A stretch of DNA of 64,000 bases. Source: Macrostomum lignano. Taxonomy: Eukaryota. The stretch spans positions 124,001-188,000 of the forward strand of contig NIVC01000175.1 in assembly GCA_002269645.1 (NCBI GenBank), written 5' to 3'. Shown here piece after piece: positions 44,801 to 52,859 of the stretch (position 1 is the stretch's first letter; each line of letters opens with the position of its first letter). A model generated the notes under the pieces. The model searched no databases, was not told the origin of the DNA, and worked only from the letters and a program-made list of their open reading frames with translations. The position numbers and the translations under genes were made by a program.

Positions 44801-47800
44801 ATACACCGGTTGCGGGTCAAAGAAACAAATAGTTAAAGGTCATCCGAGTTCATCTTCAATAACATCACCACCCCATCTCCCCGCCACCAAATTAATCCAG
44901 GTAATCGCGGCTTTCATCAATCCAACCGACTCGTCTCAAGACACCCAGCTGCCTAAATCTGCCGCTCAAGCCATCAGAGATTCTTGCCTTGCCCCGGCCA
45001 TCGCCTCGTATTTGCGCAACGACTCCGTGCTAGATATGAGCCGCCACGTGCCTCTCTACCGGTCCGTGTTCAGCGTGCTCCGTTCCATCGCTTGCACCCC
45101 GTGCCTGCACAGCCTGCTACGCTGGGAGATTCGGCAACTACTCGACAATATGCGAGCTTGCGTCGATACCTATGCTAATCGATTGAAAGGTGCCGCAGCT
45201 GCCGCAGCTTCATCCGATAGTTCCGCCGATTCGGAATGCGAACTGCTCATTGCGGATATTAGACGAACCGCTAGCGCGGTAGCTCGCGCTCTCGGCTCCG
45301 GTGGCTCTGCCGACGATCCCGACTCTCTAGCCGACGACGACGACAATGCCGACGAAAGCCGTCGACGACGTCGGGATCGGGACCAGGCGGCGTCGGATGC
45401 GGATCAGTATTGTCGCGCTATGAAGGAATTGCAATTCGACACTTATCCGATGATCAGCACTAGCGATGCCGGGCAGATTGTCTTTAATCTTGGGCATCAT
45501 TACGAAGTATCCGTTAAACAGGTTTGTCATTGTCGCCTATTGCGTCCTTGGCTTTGACCGGGTCCCCTCTGTCTCTAACCTGATGTCAGTCAGTCAGTCA
45601 GTCAGTCAGTCAGTCAGTTAGTCAGTCAGTCAGTCACTCAAATCAGTCAGTCAGTCAGTCACTCACTCAAGTCAGTCAGTCAGTCAATCAGTCAGTCAAT
45701 TACCATAGGGTCCTAATCAAAGACCAAATAGGCCTCTCTATAAGGTGCAGAATCGGAGTTCGATTGACCTGACATTAAATCAATATCCCACACTACCTTT
45801 CCCCTATGCCACTCCATCTGTCCAGGTTCAAGGAGGCAGCACGCACCGGGCCCGCCGGCTGGCCCAGGAGACCGTGACCCTGTCAACTTCGCTGCCACTG
45901 TCCGACAGCAGCACAGTGTTCGTTCGCTGCGACGAAGATCGCCTCGACTTGATGAAGGTGCTAATCACTGGGCCGAAAGATACACCGTACGCTAACGGCT
46001 GCTTCGAATTCGACGTGTTTTTTCCGCAGGATTATCCCGCTAGTCCGCCTCTCGTGCACCTAGAAACAACCGGCAATCACAGCGTTCGATTCAACCCTAA
46101 TCTGTACAACGACGGCAAAGTATGTCTGTCTATTCTGAACACTTGGCACGGCCGACCAGAAGAGAAGTGGAATCAGCAGACTTCTAGCTTTCTACAAGTG
46201 TTAGTATCAATTCAATCGCTGATCTTAGTATCCGAGCCGTACTTTAATGAGCCCGGCTACGAACGATCCAGAGGCACCGTTAGCGGCACTGCCTCGTGTC
46301 GAGAGTACGACGCCAACATTCGACAAGCGACAGCTAAATGGGCCATGCTTGAACAGGTGACATTGCCTTGCAAGCTTTTGGGGATCGTACGTGAAAATTG
46401 TCTCTGGAACTGGTCCCACCGCTGCATATGGTGCCCCCTCTGTAGCTGGCGCCCCTCCCCCTCTGTAGCGGGCGTCCCCTTTGTAGCTGGCGCTCCCTCT
46501 GTAGCTGGCGCCCCTCTGTAGCTGGCGCTCCCTCTGTAGCCGGCGCCCCTCTTTAGCTGGCGCTCCCTCTGTAGCTGGCGTCTCCTCTGTAGCTGGCGTC
46601 TCCTCTGTAGCTGGCGTCTCCTCTGTAGCTGGCGTCTCCTCTGTAGCTGGCGTGCCCCTCTGTAGCTGGCGCCCCTCTGTAGCTGGCGCCCCTCTGTAGC
46701 TGGCGCTCCCTCTGTAGCCGGCACCCCTCTGTAGCTGGCGCTCCCTCTGTAGCTGGCGTCTCCTCTGTAGCTGGCGTCTCCTCTGTAGCTGGCGTCTCCT
46801 CTGTAGCTGGCGTCTCCTCTGTAGCTGGCGTCTCCTCTGTAGCTGGCGTCTCCTCTGTAGCTGGCGCCTCCTCTGTAGTTAGACCCCAAAAAATTTCACT
46901 CTAGGATTGAAAATTTTCCTACGAGGGAACATTCTTGTAGCCAAATTATTAAATTGCCTAGCATATTGTTCCTTGCATAATTGTGAATTACTTAATCTTT
47001 AGTTACGAAAATTTTTATCTCCGTCATTGCCTACCCGGTTCGCCAGATCAAGAACCCGTCGCCCTGCTTCAAAGACGTGGTGCACGCTCATTTCCATCTT
47101 AAACGCGCCGAGATTCTTGCCCAACTGCGCTCCTGGTGCGCCGAAATGTCCGACCACGTCAACGATAAAACCCACGGTCGTCGAATTGCCTACAGTCTGA
47201 CTCAGCTAAAGAAGACCTGCGCCCAGCTGGAAGAAGCTCTAGAAAAGTTGGAGCCGCCAGCAGAATTGCTTCCGCAACAACAGCAGCAACAGCAGCAGCA
47301 ACAAATTTCAACGTCGTCGCCAGCTTCTACCGCAACCTCTGCCAGTTCTTCAACGACAACTTCCTCATTAGCGGCAGATTCCAAAGCTACTGTAGTCACT
47401 AGTACTACTGCCACTAGTGCTAGCAGTAGTACTTACAATACTCAGTCTCAGAGTAAGTCTGCCACTACCGTCGCTAAGAGCAAGTCGCAGCAGCAACAGC
47501 AGCAGCAACATCTTGTCGCCTCAGTTACAACGTCATCTCTTGCAGCTGGAGCCGGCGCCACAAAATCTACAGGATCGCTGGCTACTGCTGGTGGTGCATC
47601 CGCATCTCCGCTGAGCACGGACTCAATGGTGATAGTTAGCCTGTCCTACACTCTGCATGAGTACAAGATACCGCACCAATTAGAGGAGAGCGCCGCTGGA
47701 GTGAAATGCCTAGTATTAGAAACTGGCACGCCTGAAGCTACTAATACTACTGAAGCGCTGCTCTACAATAAAATTCTCCAGGACCTGCCAATACCGGTTG

Positions 47801-47931
47801 AAATCTATAAGAATGTTAGTCCGCAAGGATCTAATATTGTTATAAAGATTATCGATCAGGATTATTCAGACGCGGAGTCGCTCTACGATGACGAATTAGT
47901 TGACGATGCTGACACCGATGAGTACATGTGA
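18596..47931 (+). CDS. BIRC6: BIRC6/BRUCE/Apollon giant IAP with E2/E3 activity; join(18596..18890,22217..22395,22858..24228,25211..27605,28607..29991,30608..31174,31906..33670,34579..35093,35932..36276,37567..39120,40305..41143,41600..42293,42797..44034,44901..45521,45826..46356,47047..47931)
   Basis: All 15 introns are GT-AG with matching phases. Exons total 15,179 nt; adding 1 nt near 40390 gives 5,060 codons. Diagnostic motifs: [14 protein letters not shown] domain, [55 protein letters not shown]. Confidence 0.95.
20189..21870 (+). mobile_element. Putative non-autonomous Helitron-like element in BIRC6 intron 1
   Basis: Starts A|TC (tctctacatataaaaatc), followed by a (TCTG/TG) microsatellite and ccaaaccgctcaaccaaattacaccaaactt. 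Ends with an imperfect hairpin (cccgggtt..aatccacggg) and CAGCTTG|T, i.e. inserted between A and T. Layout resembles Lep1/HINE-type elements (inference). Confidence 0.5.
20850..21570. repeat. Purine-rich tract with (GA)n core at ~21055-21130
   Basis: Read directly; includes internally duplicated GA-rich blocks. Confidence 0.9.
22217..22395 (+). CDS. BIRC6: BIRC6 exon 2
   Basis: Acceptor tcttAG; encodes [11 protein letters not shown]; donor GTAAGT at 22396. Confidence 0.9.
22497..22790. repeat. Intron-2 minisatellite, 29-nt units (ACCCAGTGACCCCTGAGGTACATTAGAAT alternating with ACCCAGTGTCCACTGAAGTATAGATAAAC)
   Basis: Read directly; edges are degenerate. Confidence 0.9.
22858..24228 (+). CDS. 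BIRC6: BIRC6 exon 3 (BIR domain at ~23221-23430)
   Basis: [20 protein letters not shown](16)H(6)C zinc motif; donor GTAAGT at 24229. Confidence 0.95.
24300..25095. repeat. Intron-3 minisatellite, 34-nt unit GGAAATCCATGAGATTGGGGACTCCTAGAGACAA
   Basis: Period 34 measured at 24781/24815; near-perfect core at 24640-25090. Confidence 0.95.
25211..27605 (+). CDS. BIRC6: BIRC6 exon 4
   Basis: Acceptor ttatAG ends 25210, in frame with ORF 25235; donor GTGAGA at 27606, phase 1. Confidence 0.9.
27690..28540. repeat. Intron-4 minisatellite, ~23-nt units (AGAATCTACCCTAACCTACTCTC / AGAATCTACCATAAGCTACCCTC)
   Basis: Period 23 at 28321/28344; two sub-arrays. Confidence 0.93.
28607..29991 (+). CDS. BIRC6: BIRC6 exon 5
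   Basis: Encodes [11 protein letters not shown] and [22 protein letters not shown]; donor GTGAGC at 29992. Confidence 0.92.
30012..30470. repeat. Intron-5 minisatellite, 12/24-nt unit AGGACAGACACT-AGGACAGACAAT
   Basis: Read directly. Confidence 0.95.
30608..31174 (+). CDS. BIRC6: BIRC6 exon 6
   Basis: The splice gives CCVLQRQ|[11 protein letters not shown]; donor GTGGGG at 31175. Confidence 0.88.
31305..31750. repeat. Intron-6 (GTA)n-based array with a 177-nt higher-order duplication
   Basis: gtatcagtagtag recurs at 31322 and 31499. Confidence 0.93.
31906..33670 (+). CDS. BIRC6: BIRC6 exon 7
   Basis: Acceptor caacAG gives [12 protein letters not shown], in frame with ORF 31939; donor GTGCGT at 33671, phase 1. 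Confidence 0.88.
33705..34500. repeat. Intron-7 G-rich minisatellite, ~19-nt unit GGGATATGGGGATTTCTGT, with 74-nt higher-order units at the 3' end
   Basis: Read directly; period 74 at 34261/34335. Confidence 0.93.
34579..35093 (+). CDS. BIRC6: BIRC6 exon 8
   Basis: Acceptor cccgccAG, phase 1; donor GTGAGA at 35094. Confidence 0.87.
35112..35885. repeat. Intron-8 (TCTG)n microsatellite, ~770 bp
   Basis: Read directly. Confidence 0.97.
35932..36276 (+). CDS. BIRC6: BIRC6 exon 9
   Basis: Acceptor ctaatccAG; [14 protein letters not shown]; donor GTATGT at 36277. Confidence 0.85.
36379..36741 (-). mobile_element. Full-length tRNA-derived SINE in BIRC6 intron 9
   Basis: 15-bp TSD CTGATAAATGAGATT at 36364-36378 and 36742-36756. 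The minus-strand head GGGGGCCGTAGCCCAGCGGT has an A-box, GGCTCGATTCC a B-box, and the 3' tail is A-rich. The head is identical to the copy at 63906. Confidence 0.9.
36757..37480. repeat. Intron-9 minisatellite, ~22-nt unit GAGACTGAGATTGATAGGATGT
   Basis: Read directly; degenerate. Confidence 0.9.
37567..39120 (+). CDS. BIRC6: BIRC6 exon 10
   Basis: Acceptor cccctcAG; [26 protein letters not shown]; donor GTGAGC at 39121. Confidence 0.92.
39215..40275. repeat. Intron-10 C-rich minisatellite, 18-nt unit TATCCCACAGACACCCCC
   Basis: Period 18 at 39901/39919; about 1 kb long. Confidence 0.96.
40305..41143 (+). CDS. BIRC6: BIRC6 exon 11 (apparent 1-nt frameshift near 40390)
   Basis: Phase-0 entry gives [21 protein letters not shown]; the BIRC6-like [20 protein letters not shown] follows in the -1 frame. 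Donor GTAGGC at 41144. Confidence 0.82.
41155..41500. repeat. Intron-11 G-rich minisatellite, ~31-nt unit ACACTTTTGGGATGGGGATTTGTAGGGTCTG
   Basis: Period 31 at 41161/41192. Confidence 0.95.
41600..42293 (+). CDS. BIRC6: BIRC6 exon 12
   Basis: AAG acceptor gives ILQ|VLLEDERV; donor GTTAGT at 42294, phase 1. Confidence 0.85.
42397..42750. repeat. Intron-12 minisatellite, 24-nt unit GAGATCTAAAGCATATCTATTGGT
   Basis: Read directly. Confidence 0.9.
42797..44034 (+). CDS. BIRC6: BIRC6 exon 13
   Basis: [36 protein letters not shown]; donor GTGAGC at 44035. Confidence 0.95.
44188..44790. repeat. Intron-13 minisatellite, 35-nt unit CATCAGAGTTCAGATGAGGACACGGGATTATAGGT
   Basis: Period 35 at 44221/44256. 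Confidence 0.95.
44901..45521 (+). CDS. BIRC6: BIRC6 exon 14
   Basis: [32 protein letters not shown]; donor GTTTGT at 45522. Confidence 0.93.
45585..45700. repeat. Intron-14 (TCAG)n microsatellite
   Basis: Read directly. Confidence 0.95.
45826..46356 (+). CDS. BIRC6: BIRC6 exon 15 (UBC domain, catalytic Cys codon at 46123)
   Basis: [45 protein letters not shown]. Confidence 0.97.
46425..46880. repeat. Intron-15 minisatellite, 18-nt unit CTCTGTAGCTGGCGTCTC
   Basis: Read directly; same family as 12464-12960 on the opposite strand. Confidence 0.95.
47047..47931 (+). CDS. BIRC6: BIRC6 exon 16 (end of UBC plus C-terminal extension)
   Basis: The splice gives WAMLEQ|[23 protein letters not shown]; stop TGA ends at 47931. 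Confidence 0.9.
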   Translation: MKNPSPCFKDVVHAHFHLKRAEILAQLRSWCAEMSDHVNDKTHGRRIAYSLTQLKKTCAQLEEALEKLEPPAELLPQQQQQQQQQQISTSSPASTATSASSSTTTSSLAADSKATVVTSTTATSASSSTYNTQSQSKSATTVAKSKSQQQQQQQHLVASVTTSSLAAGAGATKSTGSLATAGGASASPLSTDSMVIVSLSYTLHEYKIPHQLEESAAGVKCLVLETGTPEATNTTEALLYNKILQDLPIPVEIYKNVSPQGSNIVIKIIDQDYSDAESLYDDELVDDADTDEYM

Positions 47932-49329
47932 AATTTTTGCTTTTTAATCTGTTTCCTGCGCTACTATTTGAACTGTCTAGGTGAATTTATTATTGTATAT
48001 AAGACCAATGGCTAAATTATTATGATTGTATGATGAAAATACTGTATTCTATAACTATGAATATATTGCAATATTTTGTTTAATGAACGCATTATGAAAT
48101 TGAATTACTATTTCCCCCAAGGGGGACGCAAATGGCTAGTCCACATATACTAAAATTCGCAGATTGTGTTATCGCAATTATTTAGCCATTGGTCTTCTCT
48201 CCTTATCGCCTCCCCTTTATTCCCATTTGCTCTGAGACACATGTCTGTTTCTGCTTGCTTAAAATATTTGTTAACAACATTCATTCATTCAACTTCGAGA
48301 CAAGTTTTTATTGATTGAGTACAATTTTAATATTTGTGTTTTTTTCTGTTTAAACAACAAACTCAGCCTATACAGAATTGATAAACTTGTTAGTCGATAA
48401 ACTCCCAACACACTCGACTTTGCTAAGAAATTGTCTATTACATATGCTTGTGCTTGTTCAATCAATTTGTGAGTTATATTATATTGCTTATTTTTCATCT
48501 GTATTACATTATACTGCACTAATTTACCAACTTTGCAAAAATTACTAAAAAAAACTCTTAATAATAATTTACAATCACATTTACGAATGCTGTGCTTGAT
48601 TATTATTATTATTATTATTCAGAACGCATGGGCTTGCTTGTTGCTAAATATATATATATATATTCATACACTTATTTGCAGTAATCATTTTTGGACAGCA
48701 TCGGATCAGTTTTTAGGCCGCTTTTTTTCAATTACTATAGCTCAGATTTTTTTCAGTCGTCCGAACTGTCTCTTGTCGTTGCTGTACTTTCCAATTGTTT
48801 TCAAATATTAATTTAGGTTAAATCGGTACACCTTGAATACTTCCCGCAGTCGCCAAACTTACTAATTAGCAGTAGTAGGATTGTAGTTAAAATTTTATAA
48901 ACTGACCATTTTCCCCTTAACAGTCTGCCTACTGTTTGAGTCGGCTAATTTGTAACAAGTGAACATTGTTGCAAGCTTGAAATGCAACCTTAACAGTTAA
49001 GTTACACTATAACGCTACCAACTTACAAGTAATAAGTGAATACAAACTTCTTTTTTCTTACCTGTGTAAGAAAACAACTATAAATGCTTATTTATGAAAT
49101 ATACTGAAGCACACAAACAGATACAATTTGCCGGCGTTTTGCGCTGAGTTTAGCATAACAACAGCGTTAACTGATTCATTTTGTACTTGCTTTCGATATT
49201 GTAACTATAGCATCTTTAATTGTCTAAAATTAGGTAGAGAAATTTCGTAGGAGACCGAAGTTAAACTGTAAAACCGATTAAATTTATTTATACTCGCGCT
49301 CTTCATAACCGCAGAGGTCCCACAGAATC

Positions 49330-49730
49330 CTCCCACCAACGAACATCTCCACCCGCAGAACCTCTACCCCGATAAAACCCCTCCCCCACAAAACCCCTCC
49401 CCCGCAAAACCCATCCTCCACGGAACCCCTCCCCTCACAAAACGCCTCCCCCACCGAACCCCCCCACAGAACCCCTCCCCGCACAAACCCCACACAGAAC
49501 CCCCCTCCACGGAACCCCTCCCCGCACAACGCCCCCCTTCAAACCCCTTTCCCCCACAACGCCCCCCCTACAAACCCCTTTCCCCCACAACCCCCCACAC
49601 AGAACCCCATGCCACAGAACCCTTCCCCCTACAGAACATTCCCCCACAGAACCCCTCCCCCATATAACCTCCACAGAACCCTCGCAGAACCCTCACCCAC
49701 AAAATAACCCCCCCCCCAATTCTTTCGCAC
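49330..49730. repeat. Degenerate C-rich repeat (CAGAACCCCTCCCC-like units)
   Basis: Read directly; lies just upstream of the MED29-like ORF. Confidence 0.8.
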
Positions 49731-49813
49731 AACTTCTACCAGTAATTTATGTCTATACAGTAGTCAATAAGCAATCAATAAAAAAGCATCAGCATTCCGT
49801 GTATTGCACATTC

Positions 49814-51268
49814 ATGTCTCAACTAACGCCAATTAGAGATCAATCCGCCACAGTTCCACCTGGAATGGTTGGCAGCGGCGGCGGCGGCGGGTCATCTTTA
49901 GCATCGTCTACTAGCGGCGGCGCTGGTCAAACCAATCCTACAGAATCATTCGATTCTGTTCAACGCTACCTGCGTTTAATGATGAAGCTGAAAGAAGTCA
50001 CGGGCAAATACTTGGATCATTCGTTGGCTCAGTCGCTTCGTCAGGCTGTCGAATTTGATTTAGGCGACGCTGATTATTACGAACGAACTCCGCCTATACC
50101 GCAGGAGCTGCCTCAGTTACTCGATCAGATGGAAGTGCTATTAAAACACTTGATTAGTTGGGCAGATTTGCACCTGTGCCAACAGACCGCAGCTATGAGT
50201 ATTGGTGCTAGTATGAGACAGCAGCAGCAGCCTGGTCAGCAAGACCACCTATCTCTAGACGCTGAGTCCGTTCGTCAACGATCTCAAAACGACATTGAGC
50301 GTTGTCAAGCGTCTGTAGAGCCTCTAGCCGATTTAGTTAAGCGCCTGTCTCACAGTGCCGCTTCTGGAGCTGCCGCGGTTGCCGCCAAAACAGCCGCTGC
50401 CGCAGAGGCTGCTCGCGCCGCGGCTGCAGCGGCTGTTGAGGCAAAAGCGAAAGCCGAAGCCGAGGCTTCAGCCAGGGCGGCGATTGAAGAAGAGCGAGCT
50501 CAAGCGGCCCAGGCTGAAGCGGCCAAGATTGAAGCTGAAGCAGCCGCCGCCTCAGCCACCGCTGCCGCTTTGCAAGCTGCAGAAGCAGAAATTTTAGCCA
50601 AGACTGAAGCTCAGTCTGCTGATTCTGCAGTTAAGCAAGAGGAAGTCCAACAAGAGTTGAAGCAGGCCCCATCGTCTGTTCCAGCTTCTTCTGCATCAAC
50701 TAGTCATTCTAGCACGCCTCAGCCTCAGCAGCCAGAGCAGGAGCAGCAGAAATTAGTTGAAAAGAAAGAATTTGAAGAGCCAATGGAATCCAAAGCTCAA
50801 GGAGAGGATGAAAAAGAAAAGCTTCTACCAGTAGTTTCTTCTGCTACATCCGATGCCCCAATAAAATCGGAACAATTCCTGCCAACTTCGGTTGAGCAAC
50901 AACCAACTCAAGCTATTGCATCGACTTCTGCTACTAGCACTACTGTTAGTAGTAGTACTACTTCATTAACAGTTAAACCTGAAGCAGCATTGACAACTGT
51001 CGGCGAGGATATGATGACATCTGAGGATTTTGACATGCTTTCAGCTGTTGATGCACTTATCGATTCTCAACAGCAGCTGGAGCAGCAACAGTCTGAAGCT
51101 GCTACTGATGCTTCTGCCACAGCTGCTCATCCTACTGAACCGCCTACTACTACTACTACTACAGCTGAAGATGTTGAAATGATTGACTTTATCACCTCCG
51201 CAACTGGAGACGACGGCGGAGGTGGTGGCGGCGGTGGCGGCTCATCAAATAAACCACCGACGGTGTAA
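49814..51268 (+). CDS. MED29: Mediator subunit 29 (intersex)-like protein with long Ala/Glu/Gln/Ser-rich C-terminal extension
   Basis: FDSVQRYLRLMMKLKE resembles MED29 FDPVQRYKMLIPQLKE, and LLDQMEVLLK resembles LCDQLELCLR (recalled motifs). Start is ATG 49814, or 49865 if an acceptor at 49836 is used. Confidence 0.6.
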   Translation: MSQLTPIRDQSATVPPGMVGSGGGGGSSLASSTSGGAGQTNPTESFDSVQRYLRLMMKLKEVTGKYLDHSLAQSLRQAVEFDLGDADYYERTPPIPQELPQLLDQMEVLLKHLISWADLHLCQQTAAMSIGASMRQQQQPGQQDHLSLDAESVRQRSQNDIERCQASVEPLADLVKRLSHSAASGAAAVAAKTAAAAEAARAAAAAAVEAKAKAEAEASARAAIEEERAQAAQAEAAKIEAEAAAASATAAALQAAEAEILAKTEAQSADSAVKQEEVQQELKQAPSSVPASSASTSHSSTPQPQQPEQEQQKLVEKKEFEEPMESKAQGEDEKEKLLPVVSSATSDAPIKSEQFLPTSVEQQPTQAIASTSATSTTVSSSTTSLTVKPEAALTTVGEDMMTSEDFDMLSAVDALIDSQQQLEQQQSEAATDASATAAHPTEPPTTTTTTAEDVEMIDFITSATGDDGGGGGGGGGSSNKPPTV

Positions 51269-51519
51269 AACATCAAAACTTTTATTAACTTGCTACTGCT
51301 TAAGTAATATGTTGTGCATAGGAACCCAGTTTTAAATTTGTGTAATTGGTCAATTCAGTAGTAAAATAAATAAATAATGCCAATGGTAAACCCGCCTATT
51401 TACTTTTTCCTAAATTATTATGAAATACTGGTGTGATTTTCTTAAATTTTGTTCGTTTTTATTTATTGTCCTATGTAAACTGATTATCCTCTGTTTCAAT
51501 AGGTTATTTGTTTCGACGC

Positions 51520-52859
51520 ATGTAGTGGGTGGACACAGCTACCCCTTCAGTAATGGGCACAGTTACCACTTCAGTAATGGGCACAGTTACCACTTCAGTA
51601 ATGGACACAGCTACCCCTTCAGTAATGGGCACAGTTACCACTTCAGTAATGGGCACAGTTACCACTTCAGTAATGGACACAGTTACCACTTCAGTAATGG
51701 ACACAGCTACCACTTCAGTAATGGACACAGCTACCACTTCAGTAATGGACACAGCTACCACTTCAGTAATGGACACAGCTACCACCTTAGTAGTGGACAC
51801 AGCTACCACTTCAGTAATGGACACAGCTACCACCTTAGTAGTGGACACAGCTACCACTTCAGTAATGGACACAGCTACCACTTCAGTAATGGACACAGCT
51901 ACCACTTCAGTAATGGACACAGCTACCACTTCAGTAATGGACACAGCTACCACTTCAGTAATGGACACAGCTACCACTTCAGTAATGGACACAGCTACCA
52001 CTTCAGTAATGGACACAGCTACCACTTCAGTAATGGACACAGCTACCACTTCAGTAATGGACACAGCTACCACTTCAGTAATGGACACAGCTACCACCTT
52101 AGTAGTGGACACAGCTACCACTTCAGTAATGGACACAGCTACCACTTCAGTAATGGACACAGCGTCCACTTCAGTAGCGACACAGCTACCACTTTAGTAA
52201 TGGACACAGTTACCCCTCCAGTGTACACAGCTCCTCTCATTCTGTTCATGCCCGTCATCGCCCCCAACCCTCATTCGCCAACAAGCCGGCAATCGGCCCC
52301 TCGCCCTCACCTACGCAGCCTACTTGCCATTCTGTGCGTCAGCGGGGTCTCATTCCTACTAGCACTGAGCAGTCATCAGTCAGCAGTGTCGTCCAGTTCT
52401 GTCATGACATCGACAGCCTCCGAACCGAGCGAAGCCTCAATGGGCCAGTGCTCGCTGCCTGGCGACAGTCGCAAGCCGTCAATTTTCACTAAAATAATCC
52501 GCCGAGAAGTTCCGGCAAAGATTCTGTACGAAGACGAAATGGTAATTTCGTTTCTTGGCTTGCCGCAGAACCGCGTCACCCCTGTGCAGTTTCTTGTTGT
52601 GCCAAAGAAACAACTGGCCACGCTGGAGGAGGCGCACTCTTGCGATGAAGCTGCTCTGGGCCGAATGTTTACCGTTGCTAGTCTGGTTGCTAAGCAACAG
52701 GGAGTTACCAATGGTTACAGATTGGTTATTAATAATGGTAACGACTCTGGGCAAGAGGTGCCTCATCTACATATTCACGTGTTTGCGCTTAACGCCCAAA
52801 AAATAAAAAAATTGCGGAAAAGTGTCCTGTCAACTTGCAAAAAATTTGCCGTTTTTTGA
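51520..52859 (+). CDS. HINT (HIT-family) protein, proximal form; join(51520..51524,52319..52859); lacks the C-terminal WPPG motif
   Basis: SIFTKIIRREVPAKILYED, FLVVPKK, GQEVPHLHIH. The 5-nt exon ATG TA with donor GTGGGT is phase-compatible with acceptor ctcacctacgCAG at 52318. The exon-1 model is inference. Confidence 0.7.
51529..52215. repeat. 24-nt minisatellite GGACACAGCTACCACTTCAGTAAT in the putative HINT intron
   Basis: About 28 tandem units. Confidence 0.96.

Noticed and set aside
51420-52250. N-terminal GHSYHFSN repeats as part of a 479-aa HINT fusion
   Set aside because: The 24-nt array is open in several frames and is bounded by plausible splice sites; better explained as an intron.
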